The notes under the pieces: model-generated
The model's input: the letters and a program-made list of their open reading frames with translations, nothing else
Databases searched by the model: none
What the model was told of the DNA's origin: nothing
Assembly (NCBI GenBank): GCA_028280805.1
Contig: JANQLB010000053.1
Coordinates: forward strand, 1,372 to 65,371
Direction: 5' to 3'
Source of the DNA: Tissierellales bacterium
GTDB lineage: Bacteria; Bacillota; Clostridia; Tissierellales; VENL01
Length of the DNA stretch: 64,000 nt
Program-made: the position numbers and the translations under genes
Shown here: positions 20,284 through 30,540 of the stretch, piece by piece
Position numbering within the stretch: the stretch's first letter is position 1
How the letters are laid out: the number at the start of each line of letters is the position of its first letter

Positions 20284-21111
20284 ATGAAAACAAAAGAAAT
20301 TCTAGATATTGCGTTAAAATTGGCTGAATTAAAAGAAGCTCCGGCTGATTCAGGAATAATTGTAGAAGGTGAAAACATTAAAAAAGTGGCAATGGGTGTA
20401 GATATGGAGCTTGCAGAAATGATGCTTGCAAAGAAATTAGGGGCAGATTTAGTAATCACTCACCATCCAAAGGGCGGAAGTCCTTCTGTTAATGCATATA
20501 AGGTAATGGATGACCATATTGACTCTTTGGTAAGAGCCGGAGTACCTATTAATAAAGCTCAAAAGGCTTTAACGGAAAAAAAGGAACAAGTAGAAAGAAG
20601 ACTTCATGTTTCTAACTACGATAGAGTTGTATCTGGAGCTAAGTTATTAAATATGCCTTTCATGGCAGTTCATACACCAACAGATATCTTGGCAGAACGT
20701 AAAGTTCAAAAAGTTATGGACAAAAAGGTTAACTGTAATCCAAAAGCAACTATACAAGATGTGATAGATGCCTTGGAAACTCTTCCGGAATATCAAAAAA
20801 CATTAGCTAAACCTGTAGTTAGAGTTGGAGATAAAGATAACTATGCGGGAAGAGTATTTGTAACTATGCATGGAGGTACAGGCGGGGGTATAAATGTAAA
20901 TAAAGCTTACTTTGAAGCAGGAGTAGGAACGTTAGTAGTTATGCACATGCCTGAAGAAACAATTAAGGTTATTAAAGAACAGAATGTTGGTAATGTTGTA
21001 GTTGCAGGACATATGGCCAGTGATTCTGTAGGAATTAATCAATTTGCTGATGCTTTAGAAAAAAAAGGACTTGAGGTTATTAGAATGAGTGGTTTAATTA
21101 ATCCAAAATAA
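20284..21111 (+). CDS. NIF3-like (NGG1p-interacting factor) metal-binding protein
   Basis: DSGI, GVDM, VITHHP, HTPTD, AGHMASDSVGIN. Confidence 0.75.
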   Translation: MKTKEILDIALKLAELKEAPADSGIIVEGENIKKVAMGVDMELAEMMLAKKLGADLVITHHPKGGSPSVNAYKVMDDHIDSLVRAGVPINKAQKALTEKKEQVERRLHVSNYDRVVSGAKLLNMPFMAVHTPTDILAERKVQKVMDKKVNCNPKATIQDVIDALETLPEYQKTLAKPVVRVGDKDNYAGRVFVTMHGGTGGGINVNKAYFEAGVGTLVVMHMPEETIKVIKEQNVGNVVVAGHMASDSVGINQFADALEKKGLEVIRMSGLINPK

Positions 21112-21172
21112 TAACCAGTTTATCAAAAATATTTTATAAACTCTTTTATATCTAATTTTAGGGGGACTTTAA

Positions 21173-22063
21173 ATGAAGAAACTTATTTTTACTATACTCA
21201 TTATCGCAGCTGTTTTTATTATCTGGATAGGAGTAAATTATTTGAATCCAAGCCTAGATGTTACATCTGAGTATTCAAACGGTAAAATTACAACAGATGT
21301 GAAAGCAAAAGACGCTGAGAATATCAAATCTACAGAATTTAGATACATAACATATTATCTTGATCAGTATGTGGATGTTAAGCCGTCAGTAGTAACACAT
21401 TCATTCCCAAATTATGAAGAGAATCATATATATGAAATAAGAGAAGAGTTATTTTTAGGAAAAAAAGACCATATTGAAGTTGAAGTTGTTATAATCTATG
21501 ATGATAGAACTGAGGAAATAATAGGAAATGCAGTCATTAAAAACATTAAACAAAAATTATATAATGATGTTGTAGTTGAGCCGGAAATAGCAGAAGATAA
21601 AGTTTATTATCATGCAGAAGGTCTTACAGCGGCTATTAGTAAGGACTCCTATGATGAAGAAATTATATTCTATTCTGACCCGAATATAGACATTCCCAAC
21701 ATTGCAATAGGTTTTCACAAAGATTATGCTATATATCCTTTAAATTTTTTTGGTGTCATATCCGAGAAAGAGGCATCGGAAATGAATTTCTTAGGAATGT
21801 CAACTGTAGAATTTACAAAAAACCCGGATGTGGACGAATCTTATATTGTGGTTGAGTACAGCATGATTGAATTTATATGGGACGGTCTTTACCCATATGA
21901 CTTGGATGGAAATGAAGTACTTTTTGAAAATACACATAGCGATATAAACTTCAATCTTCTTACTATAGACGGTAAAATCACTGAAGTTGCAAAGGTCAGT
22001 ATTGAAAAATATAATCAGATGCAAAATAAAATGCCAAACATAACATTTAATATCTCTAAATAA
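21173..22063 (+). CDS. Hypothetical membrane-anchored or secreted acidic protein
   Basis: Long ORF, RBS AGGGGG, N-terminal hydrophobic segment. Confidence 0.7.
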   Translation: MKKLIFTILIIAAVFIIWIGVNYLNPSLDVTSEYSNGKITTDVKAKDAENIKSTEFRYITYYLDQYVDVKPSVVTHSFPNYEENHIYEIREELFLGKKDHIEVEVVIIYDDRTEEIIGNAVIKNIKQKLYNDVVVEPEIAEDKVYYHAEGLTAAISKDSYDEEIIFYSDPNIDIPNIAIGFHKDYAIYPLNFFGVISEKEASEMNFLGMSTVEFTKNPDVDESYIVVEYSMIEFIWDGLYPYDLDGNEVLFENTHSDINFNLLTIDGKITEVAKVSIEKYNQMQNKMPNITFNISK

Positions 22064-22125
22064 TATCTTAATACTTTTGAGCAGTTTTTAACTGGTAACT
22101 AAAAATTCTTCTGAAATTTTCTATG

Positions 22126-22172
22126 CTTGATATTTATATTAGGTGGATTTTTAACCTAATATAAATATCAAG
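22126..22172. repeat. Perfect 19-bp inverted repeat
   Basis: CTTGATATTTATATTAGGT-9nt-ACCTAATATAAATATCAAG. Confidence 0.8.
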
Positions 22173-22423
22173 TGTTAAATATCTTTGTTAATTCAATTTC
22201 TCTTGGAGTCTCAATTATAACATCCTCTTTTCTGAATTTTTATAAGTTAACTTAAATATTTTAATTATTTACAATAGATTAAGTTATATACTTAATAAAA
22301 TAAAATTTACTTATTTACTCAAAAATATTTTGACTCTTAAACACATTTTACGGGGTAGTGAATATTATAAAGTAAGATAGTAGTAGAGTAAGTATAAGTA
22401 AGTGATAAAGAGGAGGTATATTA

Positions 22424-22627
22424 ATGATTGAGAATACGCCTGCATCTGCAGATAAATCCTTGTGTTGTAATCCAGGTGAAAGGTCAACTTTACTGTTTTT
22501 CTTTTTATTATTAGTAGTACTGTTCCGTGGACCAATGTATGGATTATTTAATAATGATACTGAGTTGCTTTTCTTCTTTTTATTATTAGTTATCCTATTT
22601 GGTTCTCCATACTTTATTTTCTTTTAA
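22424..22627 (+). CDS. Small hydrophobic protein with a duplicated LLFFFLLLVxLF motif
   Basis: Strong RBS AGAGGAGGT, intergenic location, repeat visible in both DNA and protein. Confidence 0.7.
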   Translation: MIENTPASADKSLCCNPGERSTLLFFFLLLVVLFRGPMYGLFNNDTELLFFFLLLVILFGSPYFIFF

Positions 22628-22860
22628 TAAAATTCACTTGTAAAATAACTAAAAAATCGAGTAAGCTCGATTCCACTAGGGAAACACAGTTTCCCTTCAA
22701 GGGTCAATAAAGCATGCACCTGAGCATCTTTTTTAATAGGTGATGAAATTTTGTCACCTAAATCTCTACTTTTTTGCTGCTTAAATTATTTTCTTTAAAT
22801 CTAAGCTCAGGTGTTTGTAATAATTATAGATATAATTTACAATTAACTTTTTTAGCAATA

Positions 22861-22896
22861 AAAAAGTCAATCATTAAAGCTTGATTGACTTTTTTT
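22861..22896. terminator. Bidirectional terminator
   Basis: AAAAAGTCAATCA...TGATTGACTTTTT, downstream of sspH. Confidence 0.65.
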
Positions 22897-22904
22897 ACAG
22901 TTTA

Positions 22905-23099
22905 TTACATTGTCATAAATTCATCTATTTCAACTAAATCCTCTACCGGTGCTTCAATTATAGTATTGTTAAACATATCTTTTACCTGTACTGTATTATT
23001 CTCCTTATTAATACTTTCCAACCACACAGGGCTGTTATTATATGATACATTAATTTTCATTGGAGAATTTATAATCTGCTCTGCCCTTTCTATAATCAC
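22905..23099 (-). CDS. sspH: H-type small acid-soluble spore protein
   Basis: RAEQIINSP..INVSY...PVW.E....E.PV.DL.E; GTG 23099 follows AAGGAGGTG. Confidence 0.8.
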   Translation of the reverse strand: MIIERAEQIINSPMKINVSYNNSPVWLESINKENNTVQVKDMFNNTIIEAPVEDLVEIDEFMTM

Positions 23100-23205
23100 G
23101 TAAAACACCTCCTTGGTTATATTGTTGATAATTTCTATAATAATTATTCTTATTTCAAAATGACTAAAATAAAAGAGTACAATATCTTGTACCCTTTTAT
23201 AATCG

Positions 23206-23445
23206 TTATTTGTAATTTTCCATAATTTCTTTTATCTCTTTTACAGTTGCTACTCTTCCTTTTATAATTACCTTTTCATCTACTACTAATGCAGGAGTTT
23301 TCATTACCCCGTATTTCATAATGTCTTTAAAGTCTTGTACCTTTTCTATAACTGCGTTAAGTTCTAGTTCTTCTACAGCTTTTTTAGTGTTTTCCTCAAG
23401 TTTTTTACAACTATAACATCCTGAACCTAATATTTTTATAATCAT
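23206..23445 (-). CDS. Small thioredoxin-family redox-active disulfide protein
   Basis: ILGSGCYSC, YGVMKTPALVVD. Confidence 0.88.
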   Translation of the reverse strand: MIIKILGSGCYSCKKLEENTKKAVEELELNAVIEKVQDFKDIMKYGVMKTPALVVDEKVIIKGRVATVKEIKEIMENYK

Positions 23446-23466
23446 TTAAATCTCTCCTTAATTTTT

Positions 23467-24462
23467 TTATATTAATATGTGTGCAACTAAATTAAATAAA
23501 TATCCAACTAATATAATAGCTATAGATGTGATAGCAACAAAATAAATAATAAGCTTTGGCTTTATTACTTTTCTTAGAAGAATAACTTCCGGTAAAGATA
23601 ATGCGGTAGTTGCCATCATAAATGACATAGCAGTACCTAATCCTACTCCCTTTGAAATTAAAGCTTCAGCTATTGGTATTGTACCTAAAATATTTGAATA
23701 TAAAGGCACAGCTATAATTGTTGCAACAATAACAGATAAGGGATTATCAGGTCCTGCATATTTAGAAAGTATCTGCTCCGGAGCCCATCCATAAATAAAA
23801 GCTCCAATTCCAATACCAAGTATTAAAAATAACCAAATTCGCTTTATTATATTTTTAACATTTTCAACAGCAAAATTAATTCTTTGCTTGTTATTTAAGT
23901 TTTCTACATCTTCTTGTTCTATGTTAATCTCATAGACATATTGTTCAACTTCTTTTTCAAGTTTTAACTTTCCAATTATTAGACCTCCAACAACACCTAC
24001 AAGAACACCAGTAAGTACATAAAGAACAGCTAATTTCCATCCAAATGATGCCAGCAAAACTGCAAAGGCAGCTTCATGAACTATGGGTGAAGTTATTAAA
24101 AATGAGAAAGTTACCCCCAGAGGAACTCCTGATTCTACAAAACCAATAAAAATAGGTACTGATGAACATGAACAAAAAGGCGTCACAATACCTAATAACG
24201 AAGCTATAATATTTCCAGTTATACCTTTAAATCTGCTTAATATCTTTTTAGTTCTCTCTGGTGGAAAATAACTCCTGATATAGGATATTATAAATATCAT
24301 TACTCCCAGTAAGATTAATATCTTTATGCTACTATATATAAAAAAATGTACGCTAGAACCTAGTTGAGTTGTTACTGAAATTCCAAGCCAGTCTCTTATT
24401 ATAATCTCAACCAGATTATTTAACCATGTGAATTTGAGTAAATCATTAATCCAATTTAACAT
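23467..24462 (-). CDS. DUF318/ArsP-family permease
   Basis: TPFCSCSSVP, FSFLITSP, ALSLPE. Confidence 0.88.
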   Translation of the reverse strand: MLNWINDLLKFTWLNNLVEIIIRDWLGISVTTQLGSSVHFFIYSSIKILILLGVMIFIISYIRSYFPPERTKKILSRFKGITGNIIASLLGIVTPFCSCSSVPIFIGFVESGVPLGVTFSFLITSPIVHEAAFAVLLASFGWKLAVLYVLTGVLVGVVGGLIIGKLKLEKEVEQYVYEINIEQEDVENLNNKQRINFAVENVKNIIKRIWLFLILGIGIGAFIYGWAPEQILSKYAGPDNPLSVIVATIIAVPLYSNILGTIPIAEALISKGVGLGTAMSFMMATTALSLPEVILLRKVIKPKLIIYFVAITSIAIILVGYLFNLVAHILI

Positions 24463-24466
24463 TTCA

Positions 24467-24775
24467 TCAACTCCTAATTTCTTGCTGTAAAGTTATAATA
24501 TCGTCCATAATAATTTGATGAACTATTTTTACTAAATCAAGAACGCTTTTATTTCTTATACTATAATTTATTCTTGAACCATCTCTTGTTTTTTCTAAAA
24601 TATGAGCATCTGTCAATATCTTTAAATGCTGAGACAGATTTGACTGGCTAAATTCTATATCCTCATTCAGTTCACAAACACATAATGTCTCTAAGGACAA
24701 TTTTTTTACTATCTTAAGTCTTATTGGATGAGCTAAAGCCTTAAGAAAGTTAACTTCCATGTTCTCAATATTCAC
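24467..24775 (-). CDS. ArsR/SmtB-family repressor
   Basis: KALAHPIRL, LCVCEL, SQSNLSQHL. Confidence 0.9.
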   Translation of the reverse strand: MNIENMEVNFLKALAHPIRLKIVKKLSLETLCVCELNEDIEFSQSNLSQHLKILTDAHILEKTRDGSRINYSIRNKSVLDLVKIVHQIIMDDIITLQQEIRS

Positions 24776-24799
24776 AACTCTACCCTCCTAATATGATCA

Positions 24800-24819
24800 C
24801 ATAAGAATATTCTAATATG
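24800..24819. promoter_or_regulatory. Probable ArsR operator
   Basis: Imperfect palindrome centred on AGAATATTCT just upstream of the arsR RBS. Confidence 0.55.
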
Positions 24820-24959
24820 ATAATATTATAATATTCTTTTATTGTTTTTTTGTCAACAGTTTTTATATAGTCATTCAAGTTTTAATCTTACTAATAGACT
24901 TATATATATGTTTCGTGTATATTTTTTGTTCTAAATTTAAGTGTCTAAATATATAACAA

Positions 24960-25000
24960 AAAACTCCTTGGTTTAATATTATTCTTTACCAAGGAGTTTT
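24960..25000. terminator. Terminator of the MCP gene
   Basis: AAAACTCCTTGGT...ACCAAGGAGTTTT. Confidence 0.7.
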
Positions 25001-25033
25001 CTAAAACTTAATAATCTTAATTATTTACTACTC

Positions 25034-27184
25034 TTAATATTTAAATTTACTTAATTCTTCATCTAATGAATGAGCAAGATTGCTTAGTTCTTCTATTGAG
25101 CTTAATACATTATATAATGGCTGAATCTGTTCTTCTACAGAACTTGAAACCTGTTGTGATGAAGATGCTGTTTCTTCTGAAATTGCTGATACATTTTCAA
25201 TTGAGCCAATCATATTATTTTTAGTTTTCATCATAACTTGCAGGAATAAATCAATTTCTTCTATATTTGTAATTATATCTTTAACTGATACAGATATATT
25301 TCCAAAAGCTTGACGGGTATTTACCACGGATTTAGTCTGTACATCAGACCTATCTTCTACATTATGTACTAAAGTAACAGTATTCTTTGTTTCCTGCTCA
25401 ACATTATTAATTATACTTCTAATATCTTTAGTAGAATTTTCTGATTGCTCAGCAAGCTGTCTAATTTCATCTGCTACTACTGCAAAGCCTCTGCCGGCAT
25501 CTCCTGCTCTGGCAGCCTCTATAGAAGCATTTAAAGCAAGTAGATTCGTTCTGTCTGCTATATCTGAAATAGTTTTTAGTATTACTTTAATATTACTTGT
25601 TTTATCAGCAAGAGAGGTAATAGCTTCACCTATTTTTTTAACACTTTCATTATTTAATTCATTACTGTTTTCTAATTCTTTTAAAGTTTCTAAACCTTTA
25701 TTATTCACTTTATTAACTTCTAATGCCTTTTTCTGCATATTTTCAGACTTGGAAGCCAGCTCTAAGAATTTGTCATTTAATTCTTTAGTTAAAGATACTG
25801 CATTTTCAACTTCTTGTGCCTGATGTGCAGAACCTTGGGCAATATTTCCAACAGTTTTGGATATCCCATCAAATGTTTCTATAGTACTTCTTGAAACCTG
25901 TTTAAGTTCTTTTGATGATGAACTTAGATTGTTACTTACATGTTTTGATTCTTTAATTAGATGACCTAAGCTTTCAGTCATTATATTTACATTTTCTGAT
26001 AAAGATTTAATTTCGTTCTTAGTTTTAATATTTATTTTTACTGATAGGTCACCTTGAGAAATTTTAGCAATGTCCTTTGCTATGTTTTGTATTGGTTTGG
26101 CAAATTTATTAGCACCAAAGTAACTGGTTATTGAAGCTAATAATAATATTATTAAAACAATTATAATTGTGTAGACAGCCATATCAGTTATGGGCTGAGT
26201 TATTTCATCTTTTTGTCCTTCCGTTACTATTACCCATCCTGTTTGGTCGATAATATCGTAAGAAGCTATTTTTTCTTCATTATTATATGTATATTGTACA
26301 ACATCTCTTATTACTTCTTCGTTATTTTTTACTTTTGTAACAATCTCTTGTATTATATCGTTAGTAATAGGCATTCCTATTTTTTTTTCATTGCGATGAG
26401 TAATTATGTTTTCATTTTCATCTACCATATATGAGTAAATACTATCTCTATCATTTACTTTGAATTCGTTTACATACACTGCTATGGAATCTAGTTCTAC
26501 AGCATTACCAATCATTCCTATAATACTTGAATATTCATCATAAACCGGAGCAGTAACTATTATTACCCTATTTTCACTTCCTCTAGAAATTAATACATCA
26601 CTAATGGTTTGACGCTGCTGTCTTATAGTAGGCTCATAATATTTTTCATCTTTTACAGATTGTCCTACTAACTCAGGAATACTGCATGATACAATTTCAC
26701 CCTCTTTATCAGCTACAAAAATGTGGTCTAGATTTAGGGTTAAAGCAACCTCTTTATTTAGTTTAAAATTAAAGGAGCTTGTAGCTATATCCCATTTATC
26801 ACTGCCTTTAGCATACATCTTTAAAATATTAAAAACCTGGTCATGATCAACAAATTTTAATGCTGCTACCTTTTCTTTTTCCAGTAGAGAACTGATAGCA
26901 TTTTTTTGACCTTCTACAGCAGCACTAAGCATGTTTTTACTCTCATTAGTAAGTAAATCTCTAACCTGAATAAATGTAATCATACTTGTTGATAATATAG
27001 TAACTAAAATAAGAAGTATAGCGTAAAATACCAGTTCACTTTTTATGGACCTTTTATTAAGCTTAGTCCTTAGGTTTAGTGAGTTATTTTTCTTTTTTAT
27101 GTTATTCTGTTTGGAAAAAATTTTTTTCTTATTATTTCTCTTTTTAATATCTTTACTCTTTTTCTTACTTATGCTCTTAAACAT
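25034..27184 (-). CDS. Methyl-accepting chemotaxis protein (Cache, HAMP and signalling domains)
   Basis: Two TM helices; [30 protein letters not shown]. Confidence 0.93.
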   Translation of the reverse strand: MFKSISKKKSKDIKKRNNKKKIFSKQNNIKKKNNSLNLRTKLNKRSIKSELVFYAILLILVTILSTSMITFIQVRDLLTNESKNMLSAAVEGQKNAISSLLEKEKVAALKFVDHDQVFNILKMYAKGSDKWDIATSSFNFKLNKEVALTLNLDHIFVADKEGEIVSCSIPELVGQSVKDEKYYEPTIRQQRQTISDVLISRGSENRVIIVTAPVYDEYSSIIGMIGNAVELDSIAVYVNEFKVNDRDSIYSYMVDENENIITHRNEKKIGMPITNDIIQEIVTKVKNNEEVIRDVVQYTYNNEEKIASYDIIDQTGWVIVTEGQKDEITQPITDMAVYTIIIVLIILLLASITSYFGANKFAKPIQNIAKDIAKISQGDLSVKINIKTKNEIKSLSENVNIMTESLGHLIKESKHVSNNLSSSSKELKQVSRSTIETFDGISKTVGNIAQGSAHQAQEVENAVSLTKELNDKFLELASKSENMQKKALEVNKVNNKGLETLKELENSNELNNESVKKIGEAITSLADKTSNIKVILKTISDIADRTNLLALNASIEAARAGDAGRGFAVVADEIRQLAEQSENSTKDIRSIINNVEQETKNTVTLVHNVEDRSDVQTKSVVNTRQAFGNISVSVKDIITNIEEIDLFLQVMMKTKNNMIGSIENVSAISEETASSSQQVSSSVEEQIQPLYNVLSSIEELSNLAHSLDEELSKFKY

Positions 27185-27507
27185 TTTATCCTCCTTGTAA
27201 TATTTATTTGCTCATTATTACTGATACATTCTCATTAGATGCTTTAACTAACAGTATTTAATAACATAACCTGCCTGTTGTAAAAAATATCATAGGATAA
27301 TTATGTAATATGAATATTTTTTTATTATGAGTTACCGTTATATAAATTAACATGTCAAATTAGTTTTATTAATATTAACATATCATAGATAAATTATTAG
27401 TTTGTTATGTGTTCATTAATTTTCACTTATGGTATTTCAATATTATACTGTATTTCTTCTTGTTTTCATTTGAATTTACATAGTTTTAACATTCTAGATA
27501 AACGTAT

Positions 27508-27537
27508 AAAAGTGGTCAGGTTGACCTGACCACTTTT
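27508..27537. terminator. Terminator
   Basis: AAAAGTGGTCAGG-ttga-CCTGACCACTTTT. Confidence 0.75.
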
Positions 27538-27572
27538 AGGACTTACGACTTATTGTATTATCCAATTAATAT

Positions 27573-28109
27573 TTATTTTTCAAAAACAATTTTTAGTTCT
27601 CCAAATATAGTATTAGTTTCGATGTTTAATACAGGTACTTGACGATCATCTGTTTTGTTGATTTCGTAAGTAGAATCACCAAAGAAATTAGTTTGATTCT
27701 CGGGAGTTCTTGTAGTTCCAAATATTGTATTTGCTTCAACATTTATGGGAGTATCAGGGTTAATCTTTAAAACAGTTGACCCAAATATAACATTAACCTC
27801 TATTGGATTTGTAAAATTTTCTGGGTTTAACGTAGATAAATCAATAACTCCACTTCCAAATATAACATTGTATTCATCAGTGTTTTCACCATGATTAATT
27901 GTTCCACTGCTAAAAATTAAATTGTTTTCTCGATTGTAAAAACTGTTTCCAAATAACAGATTAAGACCAAACAGAATAATAACTATACCAAAAACTACTC
28001 TAGTAATGTTTATATTTACATTAAAATAGCTTTTTGCAATAAAAAGTATTCCTGCTAATATAAATAAAGCTCCTATTGTAAAAGAAGTAAATAATTTCAT
28101 ATAAATCAC
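27573..28109 (-). CDS. LiaF-like (DUF2154-type) membrane protein
   Basis: Two N-terminal TMs, repeated (V/T)IFG beta-motifs, IDL. Confidence 0.6.
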   Translation of the reverse strand: MIYMKLFTSFTIGALFILAGILFIAKSYFNVNINITRVVFGIVIILFGLNLLFGNSFYNRENNLIFSSGTINHGENTDEYNVIFGSGVIDLSTLNPENFTNPIEVNVIFGSTVLKINPDTPINVEANTIFGTTRTPENQTNFFGDSTYEINKTDDRQVPVLNIETNTIFGELKIVFEK

Positions 28110-28235
28110 CCTCTTTAATTATTTAATTTTATTATACCAAATTTTACTTAAAAATTAAACAATAACCTCTTAAACTTATATAAATATTTCTTATTATTGT
28201 AACTATTAAAAATATTCTAAATACTAAATCTATCT

Positions 28236-29039
28236 TTAGATATGTCTATTAGAATTTGTTATATATTTAAACAGCTGCTTTGATAGATTCAATATCTTAT
28301 CATTATCTATGGAGTTAAAAAATTTCACTTGTGTATCGTTATTGTTTTTATGAATTAATAAACCTAATGTAAGAAGGGTATCTTTTAAATGTCTCGCAGT
28401 TCCTTCATTTCCGTCAACTAAATCTATTTCTTTCCCTATCACTTCTTGTATCATATCTCGTAAAAAAATAAAATGAGTACATCCTAAAACTACAAAGCCT
28501 ACTTGGCTCATATTTATATCACAAAAATAGTGTTGTATTTGTTGTTTTACCATATTACTGTTTATATCTCCACTTTCAACTATTTCAACCAATTCTGGAG
28601 CGGGTACTTTTATTACTTTTTCATTAGCATGTAATTTGTTAACTAAATTTTCAAATTTTTTTTCAGCCAATGTTATCGGTGTTGCTAATACTACAATTTT
28701 TTTATCTGTAGAGATTTCTATTGCAGGTTTTATTGCAGGCTCCATTCCTATTATAGGTATACTATATTTATTTCTTAGAATTTTTATGGAAGCACTTGTG
28801 GCTGTATTACATGCAATCACAATTGCCTTAACTCCCTTTGAAATAAGAAAATCACAAGCATTAATAGACAGCTTAGTTATTTCTTCCACAGTTTTAGTTC
28901 CATAAGGAGCATTATTTGAATCTCCGTAATATATATAATTTTCGTTAGGCATTAACTTGATTAATTCTGATAAAACACTGATTCCTCCCATACCTGAATC
29001 AAATACTCCTATAGACATTTTAAAGTCATTCTCCTTCAA
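28236..29039 (-). CDS. murI: Glutamate racemase
   Basis: FDSGMGG, PYG, IACNTAT, LGCTHF. Confidence 0.95.
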   Translation of the reverse strand: MKENDFKMSIGVFDSGMGGISVLSELIKLMPNENYIYYGDSNNAPYGTKTVEEITKLSINACDFLISKGVKAIVIACNTATSASIKILRNKYSIPIIGMEPAIKPAIEISTDKKIVVLATPITLAEKKFENLVNKLHANEKVIKVPAPELVEIVESGDINSNMVKQQIQHYFCDINMSQVGFVVLGCTHFIFLRDMIQEVIGKEIDLVDGNEGTARHLKDTLLTLGLLIHKNNNDTQVKFFNSIDNDKILNLSKQLFKYITNSNRHI

Positions 29040-29291
29040 TTTAATTCCTCACTTTCTAGTTATATATACAAAGTTTCAAAAATTTTAATATTATAGGTTT
29101 ATAACCTTTCATAGTAATATAGTAAGCTAGTACTATTATTATCTTTGCCACACTTCTAAATTTTCATAATATATGCTTAACCTTTATATATCTGAGTACT
29201 TATATATTCTTTTTACAAACAATAATTCCTTTATTAATTATATATGGTGACTAAAAAACTATAGAGAATATTCCCTATAGCCTAAAAAGTG

Positions 29292-30224
29292 TTATATTTT
29301 TAGTAATTCAATAAAATCCATATCATTTCTAAGTGATTGAAAATCTTCATCCTCTTTTATAATATCTACAAATCTTGGATATAGTCTTATAGCAGTTCTT
29401 AAATCATTAATAACCCTATCTTTTTCTTCTAATTTAGCATAACAGCATGCTCGGTTATAATAAAGAAATTCTGCATCAGAATTAAAGTTAATTCCTTCTG
29501 TTAAAGTATCTATTGCTAAGTAATATTCTTTTCTTTCAATATATATTACGGATTTATTAAGATAAGCATATGCGTATCTATTATTAGCTATAATTGATCT
29601 ATCGTAATAAAAAACAGCTTCTTTTTCATTGCCGAGCTTCTTCATAACGACTCCCTTATTAAATAATGCTTTATAGTAATTAGGATTAATTTTCAAGCTG
29701 TTTTCCAGCATTTCCAATGCCTTTTCATACTGATTTAATTCCTCATATATCGCTCCTAAATTATTATAAGCAATAAAATCATTATCAACAAGCTCTATAA
29801 CCTTATTATAATATTTTACAGCTTTTTCTTTCTGCCCTTTTTCATCATAGATATTAGCAGTATAAAAATATGCACGATCATATCCTTCGTCAATTTCAAT
29901 AGCTTTATTATAATATTTGAGTGCTAAATCTTTTTTACCCTTATCATCGTAAATAATTGCTATGCCGTAATATGCTCCTGCTTCTTCATCACTTACTTTA
30001 ATAATCTCTTGATAAATCTTAAATGCTTCTTCTCTGTTATTAATTTCGTCATAAATAATAGCAATATTATATAGAATATTAATTGTTTCTGCTTTTTTAC
30101 CGTTAAATTGTAATGCTTTGTTATAAAATTTCAAAGCCTTTTTCTGATCATTAGCAATTATTGCGTTTTCAGCTAATATTATATAGTTTTTTCTTCTATT
30201 AGTATCACTTAAATTTTTGTCCAT
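29292..30224 (-). CDS. Tetratricopeptide-repeat protein
   Basis: Several 34-aa A..YY.KAI / AYNNLG repeats, C-terminal YYNRACCYA. Confidence 0.88.
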   Translation of the reverse strand: MDKNLSDTNRRKNYIILAENAIIANDQKKALKFYNKALQFNGKKAETINILYNIAIIYDEINNREEAFKIYQEIIKVSDEEAGAYYGIAIIYDDKGKKDLALKYYNKAIEIDEGYDRAYFYTANIYDEKGQKEKAVKYYNKVIELVDNDFIAYNNLGAIYEELNQYEKALEMLENSLKINPNYYKALFNKGVVMKKLGNEKEAVFYYDRSIIANNRYAYAYLNKSVIYIERKEYYLAIDTLTEGINFNSDAEFLYYNRACCYAKLEEKDRVINDLRTAIRLYPRFVDIIKEDEDFQSLRNDMDFIELLKI

Positions 30225-30429
30225 AAAAATAACACCTCTAAAATATATTTATTGTGTATAATCGTTTTTGTATTTTTTATAGCTATGTTAATTGTAGTAC
30301 GTTTTTGTTAATTTGTCTATTAAAGTATAGTTTTTATTATATTTATTTTTATACCTAAAAATTTGGTTTTTAATTATTATTTAAGAAATAAAAAGATAAT
30401 TGCACTAAAAAATTACCGCTTTTAAAATA

Positions 30430-30540
30430 TATTGCTTACAATCCTAATATCTCTCTTTACTATAAGTTTAAAAATACCCTGATAACACAAATAAGCGTTC
30501 AGATTTAGTTAAGATTAAACCTGAACGCGTAGTCTTATTT
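30430..30540 (-). repeat. Degenerate copy of the palindromic repeat, directly after the glnS stop
   Basis: Minus strand TAAGACT..GTTCAGGT...AACT..ATCTGAACGC...TTATC...ATTAGGATTGTAAGC matches 59383-59512. Confidence 0.7.

Noticed and set aside
23206..24775. arsR-permease-thioredoxin as a novel system
   Set aside because: A common, well-known arrangement in anaerobes.
27185..27500. c-di-GMP riboswitch or sigma-D promoter upstream of the MCP
   Set aside because: No matching motif found by eye.
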